A model generated the notes under the pieces. It worked only from the letters and a program-made list of their open reading frames with translations, did not search any database and was not told where the DNA came from. From Pseudogymnoascus verrucosus (lineage: Eukaryota), in NCBI GenBank assembly GCA_001662655.1, contig KV460206.1: a stretch of DNA of 64,000 nt, one strand, 5' to 3'. Numbering within the stretch: the stretch's first letter is position 1; each line of letters begins with the position of its first letter. Shown here one piece after another: positions 11,457-24,854 of the stretch. Made by a program: the position numbers and the translations under genes.

Positions 11457-11897
11457 ATTACACTACAGCACCCGTAGTTCTGAGAATCGTATTGTCGCCC
11501 TTTCCATCCATGTCGCCCTCCCCCTTCCCTCATTACTTTGCACTCAGCCCAAAGATAGCCACTGTTAGACGTTTTCTATGGTTCTAGCAAACTACTTGAT
11601 AAAAACCAATTCTTAATATATTGAACAAACGAATTTTACAATCCTAGGGCTAGTAAATTAAAGGGACATATTTAACCTGACTCCATATGTCCTTTATCTT
11701 TCCCGTATGTTCTATTACAAATTTAGGGTGTACAAGGGGTGGTGTTTGGGTTGATAAACTCAGCAGCTCTCAGCGCTGCTTTATGCCACCCTACCACCAT
11801 CCCCGATATATAGACGTGGGCAACAGATCTTAGACCAAAAAATACCCAGCGAGTAATGGATTTACTATTATTTGATGGCAAGAATTAGGCAGAAAAC

Positions 11898-13625
11898 CTA
11901 TGAGTCTGTCGTGCCATTCCCAGCCACAAACCGCCACTTAACCCCCTCCCAACCAGGTCGCCGCCTGATATTTGCTAACAAGTTCTGCTGCACAGCTGGC
12001 AACGGCTTCCCTACTGCCTCTACCAAGCTATTATAAATCGGTGGCAAGCTAACTTGGGCACCCTCGGGGGTCACAATTTCAAAACCTAGTACAAGCGCTG
12101 CCACGGTACCTAAGATCTCTGCGTATGCGAAGTGGCGCCCCGGACAAAGATGTTTACCACCGCCAAAGGGGTTAAACGCCCTGTTCTGTAGCCGCTCTTT
12201 CTCTCTGGTCGTTATGAAACGCCTTGGGTTGAAGTTAAGAACGTCTTCTCCCCATGTTGCCGGTGCGTAAGCTGTTATCATAGAAGGCATTTGAATGTGT
12301 GTACCCTTTTTGAGGAGATACGTTGTTGGCGTGCCGGCCGCGTCCCCAACAGATGAGTGGCTCAGATAAGTGTCTTCTATAACCGTGCGCGTGCCCAATT
12401 GCCTATTTGTCATGCGCATAACCTCTTGGTAAGTTGAAACGAGAAGAGGGCATTCTGCTGAAAACTTTGCAACAGAGAATACACACTCTCGCTGGCCATT
12501 AGAATCCTCCCTTTCTTCTAAACATCCAAGAAGTTCATTTTGAAGGTCTGCAACTAGCTGGTTGTCATGGAACACATAGAATATCATCCAGAAGAGCGTT
12601 GGAATAGCATTCGTAACGCTCACAAAGAGCATTCCAAGTTCGTGGTCGGCAATATCGTCAATAGGTAGGCCCCATTTCCTGTTGATTGCCACACGACCTT
12701 TAATCACTAGACTGACATCAGAGTCTTGATCATGGCCCGCACGAAAGTATGCTCGTAGAGCTTTCTGAATTGCAGCTCGCCCTCTGAAGGGTTTTGGGGC
12801 TGTCAGAGAAGGAAATGGTTTCATTAACAGGTCAGCTTGGCCACCTTCATAGTCCCTAGTTCGTGTGTTAAAAAAAGACATGCATTAAAGGTTAGTGCGT
12901 GTAATACTTACCAAAGGCTGTCATTTAATTGAGGGTCGTCTATGAGAGGATTCTGGGCACCGAAAAGAGCACCTGTTGTAGCAAGAGTGAAAGATTTCCG
13001 TAGCCATAAATAAAACTGCTTAGTCTCAAATTCAGGGCCAATGGAATTAATAATATCAGCAACGCTATTCAAAACGCGTGCATTCATATCATTGAGCGCA
13101 GCACCAGGTGCGAGCATGTCGTAAGGCTTGTGTTGTGCATTGAGCCAACTCTCAGAGTTGGCCGGCGGGTGATGCATCAAATCCATGATATTTGGGCCAA
13201 ATCCTACCATCCGCTCGGCAAATGCAACAGTAAGGGGTTCGAAACTGAGCGACTTCTTCCTCATCGCAGCTTGAACGAGTGCTGGAGAGGTGATGATGTA
13301 CATCTTTCCCAATCCGAGAGGAAGTGTGAAGATAGGTAGGTCTGGGTTCTGCTGTCTGTGTGAGTGTTAATAAAGAAATAGTAGCCTGAATGTAGCACAG
13401 AACATACCCCAATTGATGGTAGAACTTTTGTTTATAACATATCATGTTAATCAAATGTCCAATTATCGGTATTCTAGGACTGACGATAGGCGGCTCTTGT
13501 GCGTCATGCCTAACAAGGAGCATTGGCAAGGAGAGGAGCGCCACAACGATAACACCGACACATAGAACCAATGGGTGCTCATAGCAGCGTAGCAATAAGC
13601 TATCAATGAAACCGACAAGTGCCAT
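11898..13625 (-). CDS. Cytochrome P450 (CYP7/CYP8-like fungal group), 3 exons
   Basis: N-terminal membrane anchor plus PP..PRIP, NAIPTLFW I-helix, EVMR (ExxR), FNPRRF, and heme motif FGGGKHLCPG. Confidence 0.92.
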
Positions 13626-14938
13626 CTCGGCTTGTTAATGTCGGACACAACGTTAATGCTAATCGCAGAGCACGTAGTCAACACTTGTGAGGACAAATTA
13701 ACTGAGATGTCAGAATGTCAAAAAGACATGAAAATTATATAGTTGTTGTTAGTACTCACGTGACATAATATTGCCAAGTCGCTCAACTAAGCTTCAATTT
13801 AAGCCACACAAAATACGAGTACGAGTACGACTAGCGTTGTGCTTTCGTCCCACTTGTCATAGCTTGATAGCGACGACAGGCGCGTGCACCCGTGTTTTCG
13901 ATTTAGAGCGCCGAGAGAACACCGCGACTGAGATTACGCACGTTTCATCTTGCAACTCTCTCCCAAACGTGAATCCTCAGCCCTAACCCACTAATTTCCC
14001 GTATTTTTACACTGGCTACAGCATCGACACCAACCTGTATCGTATAGCACAATTCGAACCTCGACAATCAGACCATAGTGTTGTAGTACAGATCCCAGGT
14101 TTGCTGCAGCATTCCAACTTGACGGCAGTTGCCGTGGCTTCGGGAGTAGCTTGAGCTTGGAGACGTGGGTATTCCATCTCCTTTTCTGGTGACTCTAAAT
14201 TACTAGTAGAAGTGCTACAGATGCTGCTGTTGCGAGGATCAAGAATAATAGATCCGGAAGTAGAGGCGCTTATTCTCGTTGCGAAAGGTAGGCATGTCAA
14301 CTCCTTTGAATGTTATTCGGTCGGAAGTTGTTTTTACTAATGGTATCAAAGGTAGTAAGTATATGAGAGGTGAAGGAGTGAAGAAGACTCACTAGGGAAC
14401 TAATGGCCTTTTATAATGTCAATGGACCCTTGCATAGTGCTAGCCCTTTATACCATTTTCTCAGCTAGCTGTACTCACCTTTCCCACCCATCTAACCCAC
14501 CCTAGTCACCCTGCTCACTCATGAGCGACATTCTACTATCACGATATAACACGTTATCAAAAAGAGACCTACTTTTAAATAGCCACGATCACAAAATAAG
14601 GGTAATGGCGGCGAGGCTCACCCACTAGCTCGGGAGTATGTGGTTGTGGAGGGAGAGCACTATAAGTGGATGGGGAACGGGTGTCCTGGTCATAGCGGCG
14701 AAAGGGGGTTATTTGTTATTTACGACGGCGCTGTAGTGGCGGTGGTCGTTGATTATCAGCAGGCATAATGCCATTGGGTGGGTGGTGATGATAGGGCGTT
14801 GCATGCCTTAATATGTACGCTTTTCTCATTTTTACAAATTCTACGACTGCTTATTCCGCCCCGCCCATGTGTGTATTCGAACCATGCTGTTTCCCCAATG
14901 CACCTCACCTCCTATCTCCACTGCCCCGTAAGACCAAT

Positions 14939-17079
14939 CTAGGTCATGTAATACTTTGGTCCCCCACCGCCTTCTGGCACCGTCCAGTTGATATCCTGAT
15001 CCGGAACCTTGATATCGCAAGTCTTGCAGTGAATGCAGCTGTAGTCTGTTAGCTTCCGTCCCATCAAGTAAAAAGTTTTTTTTTTTTTTTTTCAAAAAAA
15101 GGGAAAAGAGCATGGACGCCAACTCACTTCTGCGCATTAATCTGAAACCTCACCCCCTCCTCCTCCCCCTCATCCTCAATATACTCATACACTCCCGCGG
15201 GACAAAACCTATTCTCCACCCCCTTAAACCTCGGCCACATACTCTTCGTATGCTTCTTCCAGTCCTTAACCTGCAAATGCACCGGTTGATCCTCCTCATG
15301 ATCCGTGCCCGTCCTCGCCACACTCGTCAGGATATCAAACGTCACCTCCCCATCCGGCTTCTCATACACGATTTTCTCGCACTGGTCCGCCTCCTTCGTC
15401 GCTTGCGCGTCCGTCTTGCTGCCGTGGCTTAGCGTCCAGGGAACGCGGCCTTTGAGGATAAATGCTTCGAGACCGGAGTAGGCGATGCCGCCGTAGAGTT
15501 TGAGCGGGCCGTGGAAGGAGGGGCGCATGTTGCGCACGGATTTTAACTCGCTCCATATCCATGACTGGCGGAGTTTCTCCTCGTAGTCGTAGAGGAAGAC
15601 GGTACCCTCCTCGGTGGCCGTGAGGGCTTCGTACGCAGCTTCGGCGGCGAGCATACCGCTCTTCATGGCTGTATGCGTTCCCTTGATCTTGGGGACGTTC
15701 ATGAATCCGGCAGTATCTCCCACCAGTGCTCCGCCAGGGAATGCTACCTTGGGGATAGATTGGAAGCCACCCTCAACGAGCGCGCGCGCGCCGTAGGATA
15801 TGCATTTCCCGCCCTCAAGCACGGAGCGGTAGAGCGGGTGATCCTTCATCTTCTGGAACTCCTGGTATGGTGAGAGCCAGGGGTTAGGGTAGTCGAGGCC
15901 GACTACAAGTCCGATACTGACGAGGTTGTCGCCGAAATGGTACATCCACCCGCCTCCATAGGTATCAGCGGGTAACGGGTACCCGAGGGAATGCGTGATA
16001 CTCCCCTTGTTGAACTTCTCCGGCGCGATTTCCCAGACTTCTTTCACGCCCAGCCCGTATGTCTGCGCCTCGCTCTCGCGGCGGAGATCGAATTTCTTGA
16101 TAACGCCCTTGGTTAAGCTGCCGTGGCATCCCTCAGCGAAGAGAGTGGCGCGCGCGTGGAACTCCATCCCGCGCTCAAACCCACCCTTCTTACTCCCATC
16201 CCTCGCAATCCCCTGATCCCCCGTCGCAACACCCTTTACTGATCCATCAGGATGATACAGCACCTCCGCGCCCGCAAACCCCGGATAAACCTCCACCCCC
16301 GCCTCTTCCGCTCTCTCCCCCAGCCACTTCGTAAACTGGTTCAGACTAATGATATAATTGCCCTTATTATGCATCTGCGGCGGCGCTGGGATCGGTAGGG
16401 CCATCTTCTTGGTTAAGAACCGCATTTTGTCACCCGCGGCGGGAGTGATGCCGTCGAATCGATCGGGGTTCGCTTCGTCTAGCCAGTTGGGGATGAGTTC
16501 TTCGATGGCGCGGGGCTCGAGGACGGCGCCGGAGAGGATGTGGGCGCCGATTTCGCTGGCTTTTTCGAGGACGACGACGCGGAAGTCGTCGTTGCCTGCT
16601 GCGGTCGCGAGTTGTTTGAGGCGGATGGCGGAGGCGAGTCCTGCTGGGCCTGTTGGGGGTATGTTAGCTTTCATCATTCTCTTCACGTCTGTTCATTGCG
16701 AGGTTGTCATTGGGCCCGTGCTGGTGCTGTGTGCGGGGGCAAGTAGACAGCTATGAGAGGGGCACAGCAGGTGAAGGAATCACATACCACCACCAACAAT
16801 ACAAACATCCACCTCATCACTCTCCCTCTCCACCGTAGTCGGATCAAACGCCTCCTCTTGCCTCCTCGCGCCCGCCGAGAACGCCCTCTGTGTCGTCTGC
16901 GCACCAACCGCCGCCCTCAGCGGCGCAACACTCGTCCTCGCACCAGCCGTTATCCTCCTTCCCGCCGTAGCTGTGAAGCTGCTCGCTGCCCTCCGTCCAG
17001 CAGCGGCGGGCGCACGAGTTGCAGCGCGAGCACCTGCCGCGGCGGCGAGGAGGGGGCGTAGGGACGTTGTGGTCTTCAT
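14939..17079 (-). CDS. CIR2: Mitochondrial electron-transfer flavoprotein:ubiquinone oxidoreductase
   Basis: Presequence, then [15 protein letters not shown] motif, [29 protein letters not shown] and a final exon [11 protein letters not shown] (4Fe-4S). Confidence 0.95.
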
Positions 17080-17914
17080 CTTGGGTTGGGTATCTTGGTA
17101 TCGTGCGTGTGTCCGAGTCACACAAATGGGAGTCAAGCTCTTTTTCGCGCCCTTAGTAGCCCATACAAATCTCAATGCCCCAGTTCTTTTATTTTCCTTT
17201 CTCTCTGTCCGAATATGCGTGTACACCTTTCCAATTGTAAGAAAGGAAGGAAGCGAAAGTGCGTAAGTGAGTAAAGTATGTATGACGAGCCCAGCTTTTC
17301 ACACACACACCCTACACCCTCGGCGCCGCCTGTCGTGGGCCGAGCTCCAATCGGCCTACCAAGCTACAGTGGTATGTGCGCTTTCCTACCCAGTGGTGGT
17401 GGGGCAAAGTCGACGCCCGATACGTGCCGCGCGACCAATTAGCGGCGGGCCGATTCAAAGCGTTATATGCCTACCTGTCTACTGTCACAGTCCGTCGCTT
17501 AAGCCGTGTAGGGATTTTTGAGGGATTGAGGATTATGAGGGGATTGATATGGGGGGTAATCGAATAGCAATTGGGGGAAAAAAAAAATTGGTTTGCTAGA
17601 TCTATAGTACACAGGCTATTGCATAGGCTATACATAGGCTATTTGGGATAGCAAAAGCTGACCACCCTGGACTTTTTTTGTACGGTGTAGGAATGCACGG
17701 GACGCAGCAAGGTCTGAGTCTCACTTTCCCAACTCTAAACAGCGCCGGTTGCGGCCGATAAAACCATCATGAGCACGTGCAAATCTCTAAGCAACAACAG
17801 TAGTTGATACTCAAGACTCAGATGACAGTAGCACAGGGGTAGTTTAAAATACCAATCATAAGGTGGAGATTTATTCTTTCATTTCTTTCTTCGTTATTTC
17901 GACATCTATCTATG

Positions 17915-17995
17915 TCCACATCCACATCCACATCCACATCTTCTCATCCCCTCGCCTCCATTCTCCCCCCCTTCCCTTCCCTTCCCTTCCCTTCC
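17915..17995 (+). repeat. Microsatellites (CCACAT)n and (CCCTT)n
   Basis: Directly visible tandem units in intergenic/UTR sequence. Confidence 0.8.
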
Positions 17996-18819
17996 CTGCT
18001 CTCCTTTCTCCCCCTCCCATTCTTCTCTTCAGCTCCCTCGTCTTATCTCTTCATTCCCTATCCCCATCCACCGCGAAAAAAGGACACCACCCAACTCTCA
18101 AGATTACATAATATATACAAAGTTCCTCTTTCAAATCTTTCGAGCAGTGAGCTCCCTCCCTCTCTCTCATCTGTAATCAATCTCCCGTCTCCAGCAAAAA
18201 GATAACAGCAAAACAAAAACTCGCTAGCAAAAAAGCAAAAAAAGCAAACCAAAAAACAGAGCAAGTGACAAGTGATGAGGAGTAAAAAAGAGGAGGGTTG
18301 TGTGTAGTAGCGCAGTGAAGAGGAGTAGCGACCAAAAAAATGACGGCAGAACATCCATCCACCCATATATCTTGCGCCAGAGTCGGAGAGTAGTGAAAAA
18401 CAGAAAGAGCAAGCGCGACCACCCCATCTCCATCGCTCTTTCCTTCTTTTCTTTGTAAAAAAAACCAGAATCGTGCCTTCTCCGCCCATAAACTTTTTTG
18501 AGTTCCGTATCGTTCCTGCCGTTTTTGTTTCGTTCTAAAGCAAACAAGAGAAGCACTAGTAGTAATCGCCAACATCGGGTCCGTCCGTCCGTAAAAAAAG
18601 GCCGTGAAAAGCACAAAGGATCTCTCCCTTCTCTTCCACCAAAATTGTAAAAATCGACGTTGCCAGGCAGCCGCTTAAGCAAAAGCAAAGCCAGACCAGC
18701 AAAGCCCAAAAAATAACGGGCGCTCGTCGTCGTCTGTGCCCGATCCCGTCGTCGTTAGACGGGTCGGGCACTCTCTCTCCAAGAAGTGAAAATCTCCACG
18801 CTCAAAACCACATCCTCAT

Positions 18820-20236
18820 TTACTCGAAGCAATCAAACATCCCATCCAACTCATCCAGATCGATATTCTCCGGACTCCTCGAATCCCACTCCATCTCATC
18901 CCTGCTCCACACCTCCTCCACATCCTCAAACGGCCTCTTCAACACCGACATCGACGCCGGGGAAGACAGTAATGGCATCATCCCAGCCATCACGCCACCC
19001 ACCGGTTTCATCGCCGGGCTGCTCACGAAGCCGTGCAACACCCCATTGCCGCCTCTTCCATGATGCTCATGGTCGCCGAACAAATCCCCATCGCCATCCA
19101 AATCCATAATCTTCACCTCCCCCGAGAACGAGAAAGACGGAATATGCGACGCCGCAGCGGCGCCCTCCCTCAGCTTCTCACTCAGAAGCTGTCTCCTCTG
19201 CATCCCCCTCGCCGTCTGTGTAAACTCCTTCTCGTCCTTCTCCAACGGCGGCGACGAAGCGCGATGATTCCGCGCCAACCCGGCCCGCGCATCGCTCGTC
19301 AGACGTCCCGAGAAGGATCCGCTCGGCGTAGGCGGCGCGACGGAGCCGTTGGAGTCGGAGGACCCGACATCGTCGAGTTCAGGGGACGAGAGGTCGACTT
19401 CGGGGGAGGGGGAGAGTTGGCGGCGGCGCTCGGCGTCGACGTCGTCTTCGGAGCGGGATTCGGTGGAGGAGAGGGAGGGAGAGATGATGGAGCGTTGAGG
19501 GAAGGAGGTGGCGGAGGTGGAGGCGGCGGCGGAAGGGGAGGGGATGGGTTGGTGGCGGTAGGTGGTGAGGTAGAAGTAGGTGCGGCGCGGGTGAACGGTC
19601 TCGAGTTCCTTTGCGAGGGGGCAGGGCGCGAGTGCCGACCAGCAGGATCGCTTGAGGTATGTAGAGAGGCGGGAGGATATGATTGCTGACGGGTTCGCGG
19701 ATCTAGGGAGTGTACGTCAGTAAAGGTCGAGGCCAGGGTCGCAATTCTGGTCGCAGGGGAACTCACGTCTCTACTATCTTTACCGAGGTCGACAGGATGG
19801 CGGCCAGCTCCTTGACCAGGTGCGGCCTGTTCGCTGTCCGTTGTAATTGTACAATAACCGCCTCGACAATATCATCATTGATGCCCTCCAAATCGATCTC
19901 CCGTCTCGGCGCGCCCTCATCGTCCACCGCATCCGCCTCCGGCGACGGCGGCGGCGTATGCTCGTACTTCAGTATGCTCTTCGCTGCTGGTTCCGGTTTC
20001 GACGGTGGCGACATATGCGACTGTGGTTTCGACGATGCTGATGATGATGATGATGCTGATGAGGCGTGCGACTGTTTTAATTTTTTGAGCGGCGGCTGGT
20101 CGGACGGCGCTGTCGACGAAGGCGGTGAGCGGTTTGCTGCCGCGGCGGCCGCAGCAGCTCTCGAGGCGTGTGTGACGGGGAGGTGGATGCCTAGCGACGG
20201 CAGCGACAGCGATTTCCGACGAGTGTTATAGGGCAT
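18820..20236 (-). CDS. Gds1-like winged-helix protein (low-complexity, multi-exon)
   Basis: MPYNTRRKSLSLPSLGIHLP start, DLEGINDDIVEAVIVQLQRTANRPHLVKELA domain, and acidic C-terminus SPENIDLDELDGMF. Confidence 0.7.
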
Positions 20237-23200
20237 CTTGACGGCTTTCTCGGGTGCTGCGGAGCGCATGGGGAAGAGTCGTTTCGTGAGTCTCTTATTT
20301 CGAAGGGTCGAGAGAGAGAGAGAGGTTGTGAGAGGGGTTTGGTGGCGGAGGGAGAGAGGTGTCTGGAAAGTTTGTTTGCGACAATTGCAGGCGAAGGGGA
20401 GGGATGCGCTCTGTTTGTTGCAGCTTGGGTGCTGGTCCGTCCTTGGTTTGCTGGGGTTGGCTGCACGTTGCACGCTCGGATTTTCCCCTTCGGCGCAGGG
20501 CAGGTGGTGCTAACTGGGGTGATGTAGTTGAAGTATTATCCCTTTTCAGGTTAAGTACTGTACAGGTATAGTACAGCTTGGTAGTGGTGTTTTTTTCAGT
20601 AGTCTGGTGTTGAAGATGTCGGGGATGTTATTGGATGCAACAGGGGGTGTTTGGTTGCCTGGGGTTCGTTTGACGGGGTTGGGTTTGTTCGATGGTGGTG
20701 GTTGGGATGCGAGTTGCCACCTCCGGAATGCAGGAAGGCGCGCGAGTTTTGGAGGGAGGAGTGTGATATCTGATGGATGACACAAGGGTTGTTTTTTTGA
20801 TGCTGGGATGATCAAGTTTGTAACTTTGGGCGTGCTATGTATACAGGACTATGCATACAAGATCTCCTTCCCTGGACGAAAAAGGGACAGTGCGCGTTGG
20901 AAACGGTGTGAGATTGTCGAGCGGTAAGGAGGTACAGATAGACGATGTACAGATAGATGGTGTACAGCGAAAGTATTCTCCGTAAACTTGTCGATAAAGT
21001 GTACAAGAGTGAGTGTTTTGTCGCCGTCTCTTCGATTCTTGACTGAGGCGCAATGGGATGTTGTGTTGCTGCTGTTGTTGTTGTTGTGGTCGTCGGTTGA
21101 TGATGATGGACTTTCCTTTCCTGTGTCTGTCGCAACGGCCTATTTTCCCGAACGTACGGAAAGTCGACTTTCCCTTCCCAACGTAATGCGGCGCACCGGC
21201 TTGATCCTTGTCTGGTGTGATCTCCGGGTGGTGGGACGACTGAGTGAGTGTGTGATTACGTCGGTAATTTGTCGTACTATTTTGTCGCTGATATGTTGTC
21301 GAAAGGTTTTATATTAGATAGGCGGCGACAAGGTTCGATATAATTGTTTGGTTGTTTGGTTGTACAGGAGGGAGATATCGGGGATTCAGGGTGTTGTGGT
21401 GTCGTAGTTGTGTTGTTGTTGTGGCGAAGATGTGAATGTTTCAAATGTCGTGTGCCTGGGTTTTGGGTGTTTTGACGGGGGGGGATGGCGGATGGCGGAT
21501 GGCGAAGGGAGAAAATGGGTGGGAATGAGTGGGAATGAGTGGGATGGCAAGCTGGGAGAGGAGAGTGATCAGTGGTCAGAGGGTGGTTTAGTGGACGGTT
21601 TAGTGGATGGTTTAGTGGTCTGTTAGTGGACTGGTAGTAACTGTTACTTGGGCTGGTAGGGCGGGTTGACAGGGAAGAGCGACGAAAGTACTCTTAGTAG
21701 GGAGTTTACTGCCGGGAGTGACATGCAGAGTACGGACTAGAGGTTAGTTAAGTTACTTCGTACTAAGAAAAGTGGGACACAACATGCATGGGATAGTTCG
21801 ACCGGGACGCAAAATCAAATACGCGAGATGCGAGGTGCGAGATGGGATTACATACGAGGAGGGAGAGGGGAGGAGGAGATGATAGGAATGGGGATAGTTA
21901 GGATGAGAGGGGAGAGAGGAGATGAGGAGATCATGGCGCATTCCCAGCATTCACATTGGCAATTGGCATAACGGGAGGCGGATGAGGATGAGGGGAGAAC
22001 AGGGAAAAAGAAGCAGAACACACGGCATAGCGGGAACGTGATGTATGCCATGACGAAGCTGTTTATATTTTTCCCTATCTCCCCCCCCCCTCTTCACTCA
22101 CTCACCCCTCACCCACGACTCAGGCGACAATGAGCAAAGGCAGTGAGGGGACAGAACGAACGAGGATGACGAACGTCTTCTTTCCCAATGGGAGAGGGGA
22201 GCCATTGCTCTTGCCTTGCGAGTAACTAACTCAACCGTGGCAATTCAATGGAAAAATTCGGGAAGGGAAGGGAAGGGAAGGAAAGAACGACCGCCGACCT
22301 TCTTTTTTTGCCCACTTTATGCCCACATACAGTCCCCATTCACAATCCACATGCCCACCCATTCCCACATTTTAAAAGTCTTGAGCTCACCAAGGCCGAG
22401 GGATGTTTAACTTACATAACTTAATTTAACCTCTATACCACAGCACAGCATAGCAGCACAGCACAGGATAACGGGTACGGTAGAGCACCAACACCACTCT
22501 CCCCTTCCTGCACGGAGAAAGTGCCTACATCTACATATCCGCCACATGCACCTCCCTGACTCTCCTACCACAGCTACAGCACCCACAATCCAGGCCCAGC
22601 TTAAGATCCTCGCCATCCTCCTCGCAACCCGCGGCCGCGCCTCCGTGACTGGCTGGCTCTCCATCCACCAACTGTGGAAATATCGATATCGAACTAAAAC
22701 CCATGCGCCCCGCCCGCCGCAGCCACGCATCCGCACTTCCCTACCTACTGCAGATGAAGATGAGGCGAGGCTGCGCTCATCTCGGTCGTTCGCCCCATGT
22801 GAGTGACGAAAGGGGATAATGGTCTGATTACCACTGCGCGCCATGCAGGTGTAAAAGTGCAGATAGAGGTACAGCGCCGGCGCATGTATGTCTTGTCTGA
22901 TGTCGGTGAGTGAGTACATACATATGATATGCAGACTACAGAAACACGCAAGGCACGACCGTGAGTTTGCAATCACTTATTGCATGTACATGTACAGAGC
23001 GGCGCTACACCTGCCTGTCTCCCGTGCAGCAAGCTACGAGGAGGTATGTACGCCACAAACTGATACGCTACTGCACTCATCAGCCCAGACAGAATCTCCG
23101 GCGGCTGAGCGAGAGTAGCAAGCTCCGTCATCGAATTTAGAAGATGTGGCGTCGCTCATCTCAAGCCATTTCGTTCATCCCGTCCGTTCGTTCATATCAT

Positions 23201-23771
23201 CATAATGCACAGACAGGTACGGGTGGTGTATAAAAAAAACACCCACCTAGACACGGAAGAAGTAATAAGGATTATGCACGTACGTACGCCTTACCTCGGC
23301 GCCCAGAATCTTATTAAAATCTCGTCAGCCAATGGGAAAATCGGGAATAAGACAGATGAAAGTAAAAAGAGAGAGAGAAAAAAAAACTTGCGCATGGGTG
23401 AGAAAAATTGTGAACTAGGCGAGATCGAGGAGGTAGCGGTGGTGGGTTCGGGATTTGGATGCCGGGATGCCGTTGGACTAGCTGTTTTGGGGATAGGGTT
23501 GGGTACTGGGGTACATATATCTTGGCTGAGCGCATTGGGGCTTGGGGTGGTCACGGGTTGGGATAGTTTTCCCCTGATTCAGGTGATAGGTATGATTGGG
23601 ATTAGGTTGTATTATATCTGCATTAATATTGTTTATACATTTGTTAAGACTGTCTAGGCGAGGTAGATCAGGGGATAGTGTACACTACCGGCATTACATC
23701 CAGCCAGCTTCTGAGGAGAAGCTCATATCAAAACACCTACCACCAAGGATCACATTTCACCGGTGTTCACA

Positions 23772-24680
23772 ATGGCGCAGCCTTTTCAACTTCCATACTT
23801 CAGAAATTCCAAGGAATTACCTGCACCTCTTCCCTCTGTTGATGAAATTCATGCGTTACTAAATATCCTTAAGGGACTTGAAGCTTGGGCAGACAGAAAG
23901 GTTGTGAGGGTTGGTTAACATTTTATCGCAAAATACAGCCCTTATAACGATTAAATAGAAGGAGAGAGCCTTCTATTCATTGAGCAAAACCTTCAAATAT
24001 CGGCTCCTTGATTATATGCAATGTGGAAAGAGCCTGATGGAAAGCTTTATATTGTCATGGAATACCTTCAGGGAGATACGCTCTAGTTTATGTGGCCAAA
24101 TCTTCAAGAATCTAACAAAGTCATCATTCTCTCAAAGCTACGAGCCATTTTTAACCAAGTACGCACCCTTTAGTCCTCTGGCTTTTTGGGAGCATCAACA
24201 AGAGCCACATGCCACATCATCTATTCTACTCTCTAGCGTACGATCCAAAGATATCTAGCCCCTTTGGAAGTGAGAGTGACTTCGTTCTAGGGCTAATATC
24301 AAAATCTCGGCTTAACGCAGAGGACCGCAAAAGGCATTCTTATCTAGCTGATTTCGAAATCAGCCAGATAAGAATGCCTTTTATTGTCGGCTCTTGTTGA
24401 GGACGATCGCACATCTACATTTACCCACTCCGATTTACAGATGAAGAATATTCTAGTTAAAGAGATTTCGTCACAGGAGTTTTCGCAGGGAAAGGACTAC
24501 GATGTGTCAATTGTGGACTAGGGATCAGCGGGGTAGTATCCTCGCTACTAGGAATACGTCGCAGCCTTTTTTGCGTTTACGTGGGATAGTGACTGGTCTA
24601 ACAGGGTGGCTGATATTATGGACGCCTAGCCTGCAGAAGCAGCAATGATGAAGATGATATACCAGGATCTGTGGCTCTAG
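23772..24680 (+). pseudogene. Aminoglycoside-phosphotransferase-like (APH/kinase-like) pseudogene, RIP-type stops
   Basis: Motifs LYIVMEYLQGDTL, FTHSDLQMKNILV and VD*GSAG*YPRY*EY (canonical DWExAGWYPxYWEY), with several in-frame TAG/TAA. Confidence 0.8.
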
Positions 24681-24854
24681 AAGCCGGGTCATCATCGAAG
24701 TATCATACTCTTAGAAGACCTTAAGATGTCTGCGAGCAGTAGTTCAACTCTGCGGTTGAATACATTTGGGGCATTAGAAGGACGTATGGGCCTATTAAGA
24801 ATTTCGAGGCACTAATGGAAGCTTATATAGAGACTTATCTGATGGTTTCCTCCT

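Noticed and set aside
6714..14556. Captain/tyrosine recombinase or transposase within either putative element
   Set aside because: No long ORF or recognisable catalytic motifs. The short ORFs at 6810-7108, 9865-10131 and 14016-14300 match nothing I recognise.
17300..23680. Many short ORFs around the Gds1-like gene
   Set aside because: Low-complexity, microsatellite-rich UTR or intergenic sequence, or antisense shadows, with no domain motifs.
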